From Bacteroidota bacterium (GTDB taxonomy: Bacteria > Bacteroidota > Bacteroidia > UKL13-3), in contig CANGVA010000003.1 in assembly GCA_947457395.1 (NCBI GenBank), positions 78,825 to 142,824 on the forward strand: a DNA stretch of 64,000 nucleotides. The letters are read 5' to 3'. The first letter of the stretch is position 1, and each line of letters begins with the position of its first letter. Positions 54,563 to 64,000 of this stretch are shown in pieces. Under the pieces are notes generated by a model. That model did not search any database and had not been told where the DNA came from. It saw only the letters and a list, made by a program, of their open reading frames with translations. The position numbers were made by a program, and so were the translations under genes.

Positions 54563-55651
54563 ATGGGAATAAAGAAGCTCTTTTTTATTTTATTGCATGC
54601 CATTGTCTTTGCTGCAAATGCACAACAGGATTCGTTGCGTAGTGTTTTTAGTTATGGGGCAACCCTTCATAAGGGCTTTATTTTTGCCCATAGCAGGGAG
54701 GTACAAAATACAGCCAATTCTTATCCTACAGGTTTTCAAATAGACTTTAACTGGCAACTGGCTGATGCCAAAACCTGGAATACTTGCTATTGCTATCCAA
54801 AAACCGGATTTTTTATCCAGTACTTTAATTTTGACAATCAGATTTTGGGCCATGCCATTACCACAGCCGCGTTCATTGAACCATATTTTTCTTTTACGAA
54901 TCGCATCAATATGGCATTAAAGGCAGCAGCAGGATTATCTTATTTAACCAATCCGTATCATCCCGTAAATAATCCAAGCAACTTGTCATATAGTTTACCG
55001 GTTACCGGTTTTGTTTCATTGGGTTTGGGTGCTCACATTAAACTTTCGCAGCGTTTAAATATGAGTGCATATGTTCATTATAACCATGTATCTAACGGGG
55101 GTATCAAAGACCCGAATAAAGGTGTAAACTGGCCAACGGCTGCTTTGGGTATAGACTATAAGCCTATTGCAGCAGTTCTTCCTGTGAGGGAAAAAATAAG
55201 ATATAAAAACTATAAGGGTAAGCCACCCCGCTTGGATATTAGTGCATTTTGGTCGAGCAAAACGGTTCAGGCAGGAGAGAAGGATAGATGGATGATTGGA
55301 GGAGTAGCTGCGCAGATGAGCAAGCAAATCGGCATATTTAATGCACTTACCTTCGGAGCGGAATGGAATATAGATAATTCACTCAGGGAAAGACTCAAGC
55401 GCGATGGGAAAACCGATATAAGCAATCAGCGGATGGCTATTACCGGTGGTCATGAATTTTTAATGGGTAAGATTATTTTTAGTCAGCAACTGGGTATTTA
55501 TCTATTTAACCCAAGTGGATATTTTGATCCGGTTTTTCAACGTTATGGATTATGGTATCGATTTACCGAGCATTGGGGTGTGGGCATGAACGTGCTGGCA
55601 CACCGGCAGGTTGCCAATTTCCTTGATTTCAGGTTAGTTTATAGTCTTTAA
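54563..55651 (+). CDS. Acyloxyacyl hydrolase / PagL-like lipid A deacylase family outer-membrane protein
   Basis: Signal peptide; beta-barrel-like alternating pattern; His-x-Ser-Asn-Gly catalytic motif in YVHYNHVSNGGI. Confidence 0.55.
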   Translation: MGIKKLFFILLHAIVFAANAQQDSLRSVFSYGATLHKGFIFAHSREVQNTANSYPTGFQIDFNWQLADAKTWNTCYCYPKTGFFIQYFNFDNQILGHAITTAAFIEPYFSFTNRINMALKAAAGLSYLTNPYHPVNNPSNLSYSLPVTGFVSLGLGAHIKLSQRLNMSAYVHYNHVSNGGIKDPNKGVNWPTAALGIDYKPIAAVLPVREKIRYKNYKGKPPRLDISAFWSSKTVQAGEKDRWMIGGVAAQMSKQIGIFNALTFGAEWNIDNSLRERLKRDGKTDISNQRMAITGGHEFLMGKIIFSQQLGIYLFNPSGYFDPVFQRYGLWYRFTEHWGVGMNVLAHRQVANFLDFRLVYSL

Positions 55652-56241
55652 GGCTTGTTGCGTTCGCCTGCAGTTATTGCAATGGATAAGTTATTTTCTA
55701 CTGGCACCTTTGGGCAAGAATAGCGATGGCTGTGCGCACAATATGGATAGTAGCTTAGGTTAAAATCTACTTCGGTTTCAGATGCGTTGGGTGAGTAGGA
55801 TATATCCAGATAACGACCTCCTTCATAAGTTTCTTTGCCATTGGTAGCATCTGCAAAAGGAACAAAAAGTATACGTTGTGTACGCATTTTTTCATTCTGA
55901 TATCCAATTAATGAGTAGGCTATTCCGTTTAGGGTAAAATTGAGCTGCGCAGCTTGGAAGTAAGGCCTGAAATCTCCGCGTGAATGGGGCAATTCAATAG
56001 CACCAGTATTGGGCAGCCAAAGTACTTTTGCTTTTACTTTAAAATGTTCATCGGGTGCAAAATGAAAGATTCCATTAAATGAAAGACGCTCTGAAGCATC
56101 TAATGGAGTTTGTGTGCTATCTGAGAATGTAGCGGCATATTGCTTATGCTGTTTTGTTACGGATTGGATATACGCCTTATCAGTTTTGTTGCAACCAATT
56201 AAAACGGGTAGCCATGCAAGTGCCAGAATAATTTTATTCAT
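55648..56241 (-). CDS. DUF1684-domain lipoprotein
   Basis: Lipobox VLIGCNK. C-terminal YEGGRYLDI...DFNLSYYPYCAHSHRYSCPKVPVENNLSIAITAGE matches the DUF1684 NPYCAY...CP...N motif. Confidence 0.6.
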   Translation of the reverse strand: MNKIILALAWLPVLIGCNKTDKAYIQSVTKQHKQYAATFSDSTQTPLDASERLSFNGIFHFAPDEHFKVKAKVLWLPNTGAIELPHSRGDFRPYFQAAQLNFTLNGIAYSLIGYQNEKMRTQRILFVPFADATNGKETYEGGRYLDISYSPNASETEVDFNLSYYPYCAHSHRYSCPKVPVENNLSIAITAGERNKP

Positions 56242-57166
56242 TTATTTCAATTTCCTGCGATTGCAATACATCCTTATTAGTTGCGCTGTTTCGATGCACA
56301 AAGGCTAGAATTTTTGTGTGTTTTTTCGTGATAATAAAGCGAGGTCTGTCGGAAGGGATATTATATAAGTAACGTTTTTTAATTACCCTGCCGGCTGTAA
56401 GTGTGATGCCTGATTTATTCAATAATTCACCTGTATAAAGCGTAAACATATCACGTAATACATGGTTGTGCACGTAAGCTGAATCAAACTTTTGTGTAAT
56501 TATTCCATCTACAACGGTTTGGTATTCTTGCACATCAATCATACTGTCCTCCAGTAGCATCACACTTAAATAATTGGAGTCGGTTTGTGCCTGTGTATAG
56601 TGCATACTCACCTCAATCAGGATTTGATTAGCAGCAGCAGGCAGCTGCTTTATTTCAAGATTTACCGGAGTGGTGAGGGCGTCACGCTCTTTTATTTTGG
56701 CATTCCATATTGTTCGGTCGGTTAAGATTGCCAACTGATCAGTAAATTTTACACGGTCAACACTGCCGCGCGGAAGTGAGTTAGGAGTACCTATTATTTG
56801 TTCACAAATAGCTTTTCCTGCGTCTGTTCTAAAGTCCTGCTTGCTTATAAATGGAGTAGTAACCGGATCTACAAAAGATCCCAAAGCTGAAATATTAGGA
56901 TGAATTACTACTAAATTTAATCTGCCTTGTAATTCAGTTTTAGTAGCTAGAGCAATTTTGGTTGCATCCGGACAATTTGGACATTTTACTCCTGATATAT
57001 CCTCCAGCAGTGTGATTTTTCGTTGAGGTGCCGGAATATTATTATCTATATAGGTGGTATCAAATAATATTTTAGGCGGGTTATAATCTATAAATGGTGG
57101 TTCTTCTTCGCAGCTGCTAAAAAGCACCAACGCCATACCCCATGCAAGCAGATTTAATCTTTTCAT
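56234..57166 (-). CDS. Hypothetical lipoprotein (possibly Omp28-related)
   Basis: Lipobox LVLFSSCEEE; CPNCPD Cys pair; ~300 aa. Confidence 0.45.
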   Translation of the reverse strand: MKRLNLLAWGMALVLFSSCEEEPPFIDYNPPKILFDTTYIDNNIPAPQRKITLLEDISGVKCPNCPDATKIALATKTELQGRLNLVVIHPNISALGSFVDPVTTPFISKQDFRTDAGKAICEQIIGTPNSLPRGSVDRVKFTDQLAILTDRTIWNAKIKERDALTTPVNLEIKQLPAAANQILIEVSMHYTQAQTDSNYLSVMLLEDSMIDVQEYQTVVDGIITQKFDSAYVHNHVLRDMFTLYTGELLNKSGITLTAGRVIKKRYLYNIPSDRPRFIITKKHTKILAFVHRNSATNKDVLQSQEIEINE

Positions 57167-57175
57167 TTGTCAAAT

Positions 57176-58852
57176 TTAAAAATTTGTTGTCAAAGTAATT
57201 CGGCCCCCGCTAAAAGCAGGCTCTATGCGGCAAACACCACCGGTGCAATTAACACCCTGGGGCTGCTTTAAAAATGCCACGGTTAAGCGTGATGTTTTAT
57301 AAGTGTAGGCAGCAAAAAAGTTGTAGTAATGAATAAACTCAAACTTTTCGCCTGGTCCAGGTTTATTGATGGTGCCATGTTCGATATTTATCAAATCACC
57401 TGCTGCAAACGACCAATGAGGTGCAATATTATATTCAATCAATGCATTCACAAACTTGCCAAGATCCTGATTGGTATGCATATATTGCCACTCAAACCTT
57501 AAAGAGCGCGTAGAATTAAACTTATAGGTAAATTCACCAAACGGAGTAATGGCATTAACATAAGGTGCTTTCTCCTGTGGTTTGCCCTCAAACAGTACCT
57601 GATTATATCCGATAAATTGAATGCCTGCCATCATTTTAAATGCAGAGGTAAATTTATAAGTTGCGTCTATATAAAACTCGCTGAATAAGCGCGTTGTGCT
57701 ATCCCATTTAATTTCAGGTATGGCGTTTTTAAAATTAACTCCGCTAAGCATATTAACTGCAGATGTGTTTACATTCATGGCAAACTTTTTATTTGGCTTG
57801 AATGTAATTTCAAGTTGTGCGGCATTTTCACCAAGCTCCTGCACCACTGAGTTATAGCGAGCCAGTAATCTATACGTATTTTGGCGTGTTAGTGCAGGTA
57901 AATAGTTAATTACTGCACTATTAGGGAAAGGTTGTATTTCTAATGGATTAACACGTAACGGATACGTTTCAATTCTGCGTATTTGACCATTGATACCAAG
58001 ACCTTTTGTTGCATAAGAAAGACTCGCATAATAAACGTTGCCTCCTTTTTTAACTAATGTATTGCTGTAATCTAAAATTGCTTCGGGCGACTTATTGCAA
58101 TACTCCAGATAGAGTGTAAACTTTTTGTAGTTGAGTGTATTATAGATATTCCAAGAATACACATTATATGTAGGATTAAATCTTTTCTCAAGTGCATAGC
58201 CATTAATTGTATTAGCAATTTGGCTCATGGTGTTCTGGTCGAGTGTTCTATTTACCAAGGAAGCTCCCATATCCAAAATGGCATTTTCTGAAACAGGTAA
58301 ACGGTATTCTACATTGCCTCCTTTGATAACAGGCTCTCTGAAATCAAAGCGGAATTTTTGTCTGCCTGTAAATGCTTTAATGCGTAAGTTTTCATTCGGG
58401 GTATAAACAATGCGTGCCCCTTGAATTGCAAAATCTATACCTATGTTACGATCTTCGTATGCACGAAAGATGAGGCCAGTACCAAACTGATCGTAAAAGT
58501 AACCTCCTGTGATACTGAATTTATCTATCTCCTTTGTTATTTCCCAATAGCCCAGTCCCTGATTTGTATATGCCTGAAAAGGATTGAATAGCGGAGAATT
58601 ATTGAATAAATCATAACGAACAGTAAAGTTAAAGCCATGCAGTTTATAATTCATAAAGAGCCATGCTTCTGTAGATGACTTTTCTCTCAAATACTGTGTA
58701 GTGTTAGCTCCAATTCTATCATCACGCATATAGAATTGTGTATTCATCTGAAAATTGCCTGAAAATTGACCTTTGTCTGTTAACTCGCCTCCTTGCTGTG
58801 CTTTCAAGGTGAAAGAAGCAAGCATTAGCGCAACAACATAAATTTTTCTCAT
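57176..58852 (-). CDS. Hypothetical outer-membrane beta-barrel protein
   Basis: Signal peptide MRKIYVVALMLASFTLKAQQ (upstream ORF-track start is non-ATG). Alternating aromatic/hydrophilic strand pattern throughout; terminal Phe. Confidence 0.5.
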   Translation of the reverse strand: MRKIYVVALMLASFTLKAQQGGELTDKGQFSGNFQMNTQFYMRDDRIGANTTQYLREKSSTEAWLFMNYKLHGFNFTVRYDLFNNSPLFNPFQAYTNQGLGYWEITKEIDKFSITGGYFYDQFGTGLIFRAYEDRNIGIDFAIQGARIVYTPNENLRIKAFTGRQKFRFDFREPVIKGGNVEYRLPVSENAILDMGASLVNRTLDQNTMSQIANTINGYALEKRFNPTYNVYSWNIYNTLNYKKFTLYLEYCNKSPEAILDYSNTLVKKGGNVYYASLSYATKGLGINGQIRRIETYPLRVNPLEIQPFPNSAVINYLPALTRQNTYRLLARYNSVVQELGENAAQLEITFKPNKKFAMNVNTSAVNMLSGVNFKNAIPEIKWDSTTRLFSEFYIDATYKFTSAFKMMAGIQFIGYNQVLFEGKPQEKAPYVNAITPFGEFTYKFNSTRSLRFEWQYMHTNQDLGKFVNALIEYNIAPHWSFAAGDLINIEHGTINKPGPGEKFEFIHYYNFFAAYTYKTSRLTVAFLKQPQGVNCTGGVCRIEPAFSGGRITLTTNF

Positions 58853-58929
58853 AATTGGGTTAAATGGCCCGACAATTATATGCATATTAAACAATATTCT
58901 ACTGATTATCTTATCTGTTTTAAAGCTAC

Positions 58930-61900
58930 TTATTCCTTCATTAATTTTAATTGAGTGGATATTTGCTCGCTATAAACAGTGATGACGTAAAGACCATTTT
59001 TAAGTTCACCAATTTTTAGTTCAACTTTACCGGATTCATTGCCCGGTCCATCAGCTACTTTTTTACCTTTAAAATCCGTTATATACCAGTATTGAATTGA
59101 TTTATCACACTCAATAACAACATTTGTTGATGCAGGGTTTGGATAAATCATAACGTTTTTCTTGGCGGCATACCTATCAATCAACCCGGTTGAAAAACTA
59201 TTTTTTAGCTGCAGGCTAAATGTATCAGTTGAAATACGCTGATAATTGCCAGTTGTTGCTACAACGCGCCAACTGCCATTATATGTTTTACCCTGACCAA
59301 CACCAATTGAAAGTGCAAGTGTGCGCAGCTGCTGATTATTTAACACAAGTGTGGTATCATTTCCTCCGTTGCCTGATGCACTTTTATAATCGGGTGTTGC
59401 AAATAAACCGCTACTATCTGTTTTATCCAATTCCAGAGAATAGGTTGGCAAGGATACAATGGGCAAATTTATACTACGCTGCCACTTAAAGATTAATTGC
59501 GTTGCAGGCATGGTGTCAATATTCACTACACTATTGTCTGTTGGTAGCAGTAATGAATAAACTTCAAGTGAGTCATTTGTTTTAATATCTATCGGATAGC
59601 GCGGAATAATTTGATAGCCGTCAAACTGAAATGGTGCAAACATGCTTGAGCTTACTTGATTTCCAATGCCTGTCACCGAAAAAATGGAAGCTTTCGGTAG
59701 TGGCTGTCCTGCTACTGCAGATGTGCTCAGTATTCTAATTATTAATGTGTCAGTTGTTCCAACTTTAACAACTTTTACAGAGGAATTTACCGTGGGCCAG
59801 TTACTTCCTGCAGGAGCTGTAACAAACCTAAGCCGGTTTAACTGCACAAGTTTATTTTCTGTTGATTCATTTAGCGTATTTACTACTTCAGCCTTTTGAA
59901 GTTGTCGTGAATCGGTGAGTTTTATTACTGTATCCAGATTTTGAAAAACGGCAAGTCCTCTTTGCGTCCCAACCATTCCGCTAATCTGTAAACTATCGCC
60001 TTCCATAGGCGTGTAGCCAAATTTATTTGCAGGACTAATAATTTGAATACCTCCGCTACCATCGGCAAGCATAAAACTTAATCCATTAAATGTTTGATTA
60101 AATCCATAAACAAGTCCTCGGATGGTGGCTTCCTTATTTAAGGAATCTACAACTCCGGTTATCGGATTTGTTTTGTTGATGCTGCCAATGCTAAAAAAAG
60201 GCGATAGTGGCTTGGAAGCAACCTGAAGGCTTGCTGCAGAACTATACACAGAGTCAAAATCTTCTACTACCCATGCACTCACGAAATACTTTTTTGAATT
60301 ACTCAATCCGGATACCGTTACAAAATTACTGTCTGCTTTATAAATGCAGTAAGCCAAGCTGTCAAACCTGTATGTGCTGCCGTTTTTAAATACAGGCGAT
60401 GCAATAATGGAAACTATACCTGCAGTTTGAAGGCCGTGATTAATAATGGTGTCTTCCTTTAAGAAAAGGATGGTAGAATATTTTGTATTGTTATAACCCA
60501 CAGGTTTTTGCCAGGTAATTCGTGCGCTTGTGGATGTAAAAGGTGTACTTGATAATTGAAATACAGGTTGGGGTAAGGGGACTTGTTGCGTAAATGAGGA
60601 GGTGGTAGCTTGTGAATATGCGGAATCTGCATCATTCACAATCAGTATCAGTATATGATATCTCTTTGCGTTTTGTAAGCCGAAAACAGTTACCTGTTGT
60701 AAATCGGTTTTGGCAATGCAAAATGCAGCTCCATCATTTTGATAAATGGTGCCTGCACCAATAACGTTATTAGCCTGATAACGTGAAACGGAAACAGTGG
60801 GTACCTGCACGTTAATATTACTATCAGCTTTTATAAAAACCAATACGCTGGAAGCAGCAGCATTATAGGCAGCCGGCAATGTCCATGAAATTTGCGTACT
60901 TGTAACCAAATCTCCAGTAAATGAGATATTGCTAACCGGTTGTGGTACACTTGCTGTTTGAAAAGAATCACTACTGATTATTGAATACGCAGAGTCGTTG
61001 TCTCTTGCTGCATAACCAATAAGATGATACCAGGTAGCCTGATTTAATCCGCGTAAAAAAACATGGTTACTATCACCTTTATAAATACATTTTGCTGCAC
61101 TATCAAAAGGATATCGGCTGCTCTGGGTTGAAAGGAGATCATCTGACGCAGTAAATCTTCCAGGAGACTGATTAAGGTTGCCTGCTGCAGGTGCCGATCC
61201 TGCTTTAAGAAACAATAGCATGGTTTGCGCACTATCTGCATAGCCAATGGGCTTTGACCAGTTTATTATTGCTTGCTGCCTACCGATTTGACTAAAGGAA
61301 AAAGTAGGGATGGGATTTGGTTTGGGTATAACAGATGATGGTGTTTTAAATGTGATTGTAAAGTTATCAATAGCCAGGGCATCATCATTACCTGCCACAT
61401 TTACATCAAACCAGCGCAGGTATAAAGTATCGCCATTATTTAAGGTTAAACTACCTATTTCAATACTACTGTAAATTCGCTGATTCGCTGTATCGTTTCC
61501 ATTCTGAGCTCCGGCTGGAGTAGTACTGCCAAATCTTTTAGACACCAGATTCAGACGTGAGTCTTTTGTCCAAGTTCCATTGGCTGTTAGCAAACCGCCA
61601 TTATTAATACCATAAAAAAATTCAGAACTATCAGGTGTAGTTCTGCTTCCACCTGTTCTCCATTGCTCCATGATAAAATTAAGCTCAACAGCATTAATGG
61701 TATTGCCGGTTTGATTGATATAGCGAGCTCCGATATTACTCAGTACACTTCCACTAGATAAACTGCCGAGTGCACGGTCAAACGCATTGGTATTGCCATA
61801 GCTATAGGTGTTACCTGTTGCAGCAGAACCAATATCTGCCGCATAAGTAGTATTGGCACTTGTGCCTGTTTCGGCAAATAGCCAACCATCCGGCAAGGGC

Positions 61901-62037
61901 AATGAGGCCACTCCAATTCTGGCAAGTGAGTCCATGTTGTTAACATAAGCTGTGCCTGGCTGTAGGATGCTTACCTGTGCAAACATCTGAAACGGAATGA
62001 AGGTAAATAAACTGCCAAATATTAGGATGATTCTCAT
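58930..62037 (-). CDS. Large (~1035 aa) T9SS cargo protein with repeated Fn3/Ig-like modules and a Por C-terminal sorting domain
   Basis: Signal peptide MRIILIFGSLFTFIPFQMFAQ. Three modules of the form W.KP.GY...A.....L.FLK..S. C-terminus VMIYPNPASTNVVIECD...GLYVITV...KLMKE. ATG at 62037 lies within the ORF-track ORF. Confidence 0.7.
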   Translation of the reverse strand: MRIILIFGSLFTFIPFQMFAQVSILQPGTAYVNNMDSLARIGVASLPLPDGWLFAETGTSANTTYAADIGSAATGNTYSYGNTNAFDRALGSLSSGSVLSNIGARYINQTGNTINAVELNFIMEQWRTGGSRTTPDSSEFFYGINNGGLLTANGTWTKDSRLNLVSKRFGSTTPAGAQNGNDTANQRIYSSIEIGSLTLNNGDTLYLRWFDVNVAGNDDALAIDNFTITFKTPSSVIPKPNPIPTFSFSQIGRQQAIINWSKPIGYADSAQTMLLFLKAGSAPAAGNLNQSPGRFTASDDLLSTQSSRYPFDSAAKCIYKGDSNHVFLRGLNQATWYHLIGYAARDNDSAYSIISSDSFQTASVPQPVSNISFTGDLVTSTQISWTLPAAYNAAASSVLVFIKADSNINVQVPTVSVSRYQANNVIGAGTIYQNDGAAFCIAKTDLQQVTVFGLQNAKRYHILILIVNDADSAYSQATTSSFTQQVPLPQPVFQLSSTPFTSTSARITWQKPVGYNNTKYSTILFLKEDTIINHGLQTAGIVSIIASPVFKNGSTYRFDSLAYCIYKADSNFVTVSGLSNSKKYFVSAWVVEDFDSVYSSAASLQVASKPLSPFFSIGSINKTNPITGVVDSLNKEATIRGLVYGFNQTFNGLSFMLADGSGGIQIISPANKFGYTPMEGDSLQISGMVGTQRGLAVFQNLDTVIKLTDSRQLQKAEVVNTLNESTENKLVQLNRLRFVTAPAGSNWPTVNSSVKVVKVGTTDTLIIRILSTSAVAGQPLPKASIFSVTGIGNQVSSSMFAPFQFDGYQIIPRYPIDIKTNDSLEVYSLLLPTDNSVVNIDTMPATQLIFKWQRSINLPIVSLPTYSLELDKTDSSGLFATPDYKSASGNGGNDTTLVLNNQQLRTLALSIGVGQGKTYNGSWRVVATTGNYQRISTDTFSLQLKNSFSTGLIDRYAAKKNVMIYPNPASTNVVIECDKSIQYWYITDFKGKKVADGPGNESGKVELKIGELKNGLYVITVYSEQISTQLKLMKE

Positions 62038-62051
62038 AGCTTTCAAATTAA

Positions 62052-63020
62052 ATGATTATTTGGTTAATATTGAGGGTCGTATTACTTCATAATATACACT
62101 CCTTTCCAATGACAGAAACCATAAAGTCAAAATGGTACTACCAGCTATTAGCAGCGCCACTATTGCTGCTGATGATGTTGCCTTTGTCCTTACTTTATTT
62201 GCTGTCAGACATGCTTTATTATATCATGTACTATATGATTGGTTACCGAAAAAAAGTTGTTTATACCAATTTGCACAATGCTTTCCCTGATAAGTCGGCT
62301 GCTGAAATTGATGCCATTGCAAAAAAATATTACCGTTATTTAATTGATTTGATGATTGAAACTTATAAAGTTGTAAACCTAAGTAAAAGGGAATTAAAAA
62401 GAAGATGCACCTATGATGAGGCTTCAGTGCAACTGATAGATTCCTTTTATCAAAATAATCAGAGTGTAATTATGGTATTGGGCCATTGGGGTAATTGGGA
62501 GTGGGGTGGCCATTCCTTTATGATGCATCATCCCTATCCATCCTATGTGTTATATCACCCCATTAAAAATCCGTTTTTTAACTGGCTTACAGCCAAAATT
62601 CGTATGCGTTTTGGCATGAACTTGCTCAATATGCATCTTGCTGCAAAAAAAATGATTGCCCTGCGCAAGCAAAGAACCATCACTGCATTTATAGCAGATC
62701 AAACTCCTTCCAATCCTAAGGATGCGCTTTGGCTCACGTTTCTTAGCCAGCCAACTCCCGTGCTAACCGGTGCGGAATTTATGGCAAAGAAATTAAACTT
62801 TCCTGTTGCTTATGCATCGGTAAAAAGATTACGTAGGGGTTATTATCATGTTTCTTTTAAGCTGGTAACTGATAATCCTGCTGCAACATCTGAAAATGAA
62901 ATCACAGAAAAATATACAAGGTTGCTGGAACAAGATATCATCAGTTGTCCTGAAACATGGTTATGGAGCCACAGGCGTTGGAAGCACAATCCTCCAACTA
63001 GTGGTGCTGCTGAAAAATAA
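62052..63020 (+). CDS. Lipid A biosynthesis acyltransferase (LpxL/HtrB lauroyl/myristoyl acyltransferase family)
   Basis: N-terminal TM helix and HWGNWEW-type region; overall LpxL-like collinearity (GHWGNWEWGG, FIADQTPSNPKDALWLTFLSQPTPV). The start may instead be the ATG at 62109. Confidence 0.65.
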   Translation: MIIWLILRVVLLHNIHSFPMTETIKSKWYYQLLAAPLLLLMMLPLSLLYLLSDMLYYIMYYMIGYRKKVVYTNLHNAFPDKSAAEIDAIAKKYYRYLIDLMIETYKVVNLSKRELKRRCTYDEASVQLIDSFYQNNQSVIMVLGHWGNWEWGGHSFMMHHPYPSYVLYHPIKNPFFNWLTAKIRMRFGMNLLNMHLAAKKMIALRKQRTITAFIADQTPSNPKDALWLTFLSQPTPVLTGAEFMAKKLNFPVAYASVKRLRRGYYHVSFKLVTDNPAATSENEITEKYTRLLEQDIISCPETWLWSHRRWKHNPPTSGAAEK

Positions 63021-63999
63021 AAGTAGGAGAGATGCGATCCATTTTATCGGATATTTTCTTTAGTGCCTTGGGTACCTGCAGGCGTATGCCAAAGTAAACA
63101 GAACCACTGGCAATAAAATAAGTAAGTTTAGATTGGTTACCAAGTGGCATGTTGTATGCATCAGCCATGGAGGTTAAGCCGGCATAAAAGCGGTTTCCAT
63201 TATAGCCAATACCAAACCTAGATAAGGCACGTGGTAATATTACCCAACGGCTACTCCCCGAATTATATTCAAGAAAAAGTTCCTGATATTGACTGGTTGC
63301 TCCCAAGCAAATGGAGCCCGTTATAAAAAATCGCTGAAAAAACACCAGTGTGTGTGAGTAACCCGGTAATAAGGATAAACTGTAAAAATTACCATCTTCA
63401 AAACGTGAGCGTAGTTCATAAAAATTATTGATTCCTTTTGGCACAATAGCCGAATCGCTTCTGATACTGAAATATGATAATGACCCATTTAGTAAAAATG
63501 AGCCTGCACTTTTTTTCTGTATTTCATTCTGCACAAAGGTAGATCGGTATGAATATTTCTTATGATTAAATATATAGTATGCGTTTCCTCCAATACTAGT
63601 TGTACTTATGTCTGCACGCATCGGAAAATTATCGCCATAGGCTTCTACCAGTGCAGGAAATCGTTTATAGTTTTCCAGATAATATCCGGAGTAGTCAGAG
63701 TAATACAAATTAAACCCAAATTTTTTTCCGTAGCTATTTAATTGTAAGTTTAAGTAATCCGTTTTTCCTCTTTTTTCAGCCTGTGTGTTTTTTAATCCTA
63801 CTGAAAAAGCAAAACCTAACCACTTATGCATAAAGCGTAAACCAAAATTTATACTTTCATTGGGTTCAAATGTTAAAACACGTTTATCCTGTACCTCAAA
63901 ATGATTGCGTGAGTTATAAAGAAATCCTGTAAGCTGTATCAGATTTGTTTTGTCATCTACATAGGTAGCACGTGTATATTTTATTCCTTTCTTATTCAT
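62998..63999 (-). CDS. Hypothetical protein, beta-rich (possible outer-membrane protein). The start at the window edge may be truncated
   Basis: Long ORF with ATG at 63997-63999, 1 nt from the window end. Aromatic-rich alternating pattern; C-terminal Phe-rich end. Confidence 0.4.
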   Translation of the reverse strand: MNKKGIKYTRATYVDDKTNLIQLTGFLYNSRNHFEVQDKRVLTFEPNESINFGLRFMHKWLGFAFSVGLKNTQAEKRGKTDYLNLQLNSYGKKFGFNLYYSDYSGYYLENYKRFPALVEAYGDNFPMRADISTTSIGGNAYYIFNHKKYSYRSTFVQNEIQKKSAGSFLLNGSLSYFSIRSDSAIVPKGINNFYELRSRFEDGNFYSLSLLPGYSHTLVFFQRFFITGSICLGATSQYQELFLEYNSGSSRWVILPRALSRFGIGYNGNRFYAGLTSMADAYNMPLGNQSKLTYFIASGSVYFGIRLQVPKALKKISDKMDRISPTFIFQQHH

Positions 64000-64000
64000 G

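Noticed and set aside
1-64000. Scanned intergenic regions for tRNA/rRNA/CRISPR repeats and for transposase/integrase genes
   Set aside because: No T-loop-like GGTTCGAATCC-type segments, no regularly spaced direct repeats, and no recombinase-like ORFs were seen. This is not an obvious mobile island.

Overview
This 64 kb window reads as a chromosomal segment of a Bacteroidota genome, probably Chitinophagaceae/Sphingobacteriia-like. It is moderately AT-rich, and five genes end in a type-A T9SS C-terminal sorting domain (YPNP...F / G.Y....V motifs). Genes are densely packed on both strands. Housekeeping genes are pgk, fabG, typA/bipA, corA, an acyl-CoA dehydrogenase, SDR-type L-threonine dehydrogenase, coaX, birA, rsfS, an APC permease and an LpxL-like acyltransferase. 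There are three two-component systems: a PspC-domain protein with a histidine kinase (HK) and OmpR-type regulator, a LytS-like/LytTR pair, and OmpR. A TonB-dependent receptor sits between two HmuY-like paralogs. I found no tRNA, rRNA, CRISPR array, transposase or integrase.

The most interesting content is two separate gene sets that look like periplasmic lipid-linked (polyprenyl-phosphate) sugar pathways of the mycobacterial arabinogalactan or Pseudomonas pilin-arabinosylation type. Cluster A (27.6-35.8 kb) carries adjacent homologs of the decaprenylphosphoryl-ribose 2'-epimerase pair DprE1 (FAD oxidase) and DprE2 (SDR reductase), with translationally coupled starts. Next to them are a soluble DPM1-like GT2, a SAM methyltransferase and an FNO-like NADP oxidoreductase. 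These converge on a YfhO-family GT-C glycosyltransferase and a 536-aa polytopic membrane protein. Cluster B (45.9-52.0 kb) carries a GtrB/ArnC-like membrane-anchored GT2, a second SAM methyltransferase, and a Glf-like FAD enzyme of the UDP-galactopyranose mutase family. It ends in a 980-aa protein that fuses a GT-A-like N-domain, a GT-C-like multi-TM core and C-terminal TPR repeats. Together they suggest that a furanose, or another unusual sugar, is delivered from polyprenyl-phosphate donors to an unknown periplasmic or outer-membrane acceptor, possibly LPS or lipid A, glycoprotein or polysaccharide. To my knowledge this has not been characterised in Bacteroidota.

All family assignments rest on motif recognition from memory and need BLAST/HMM confirmation.
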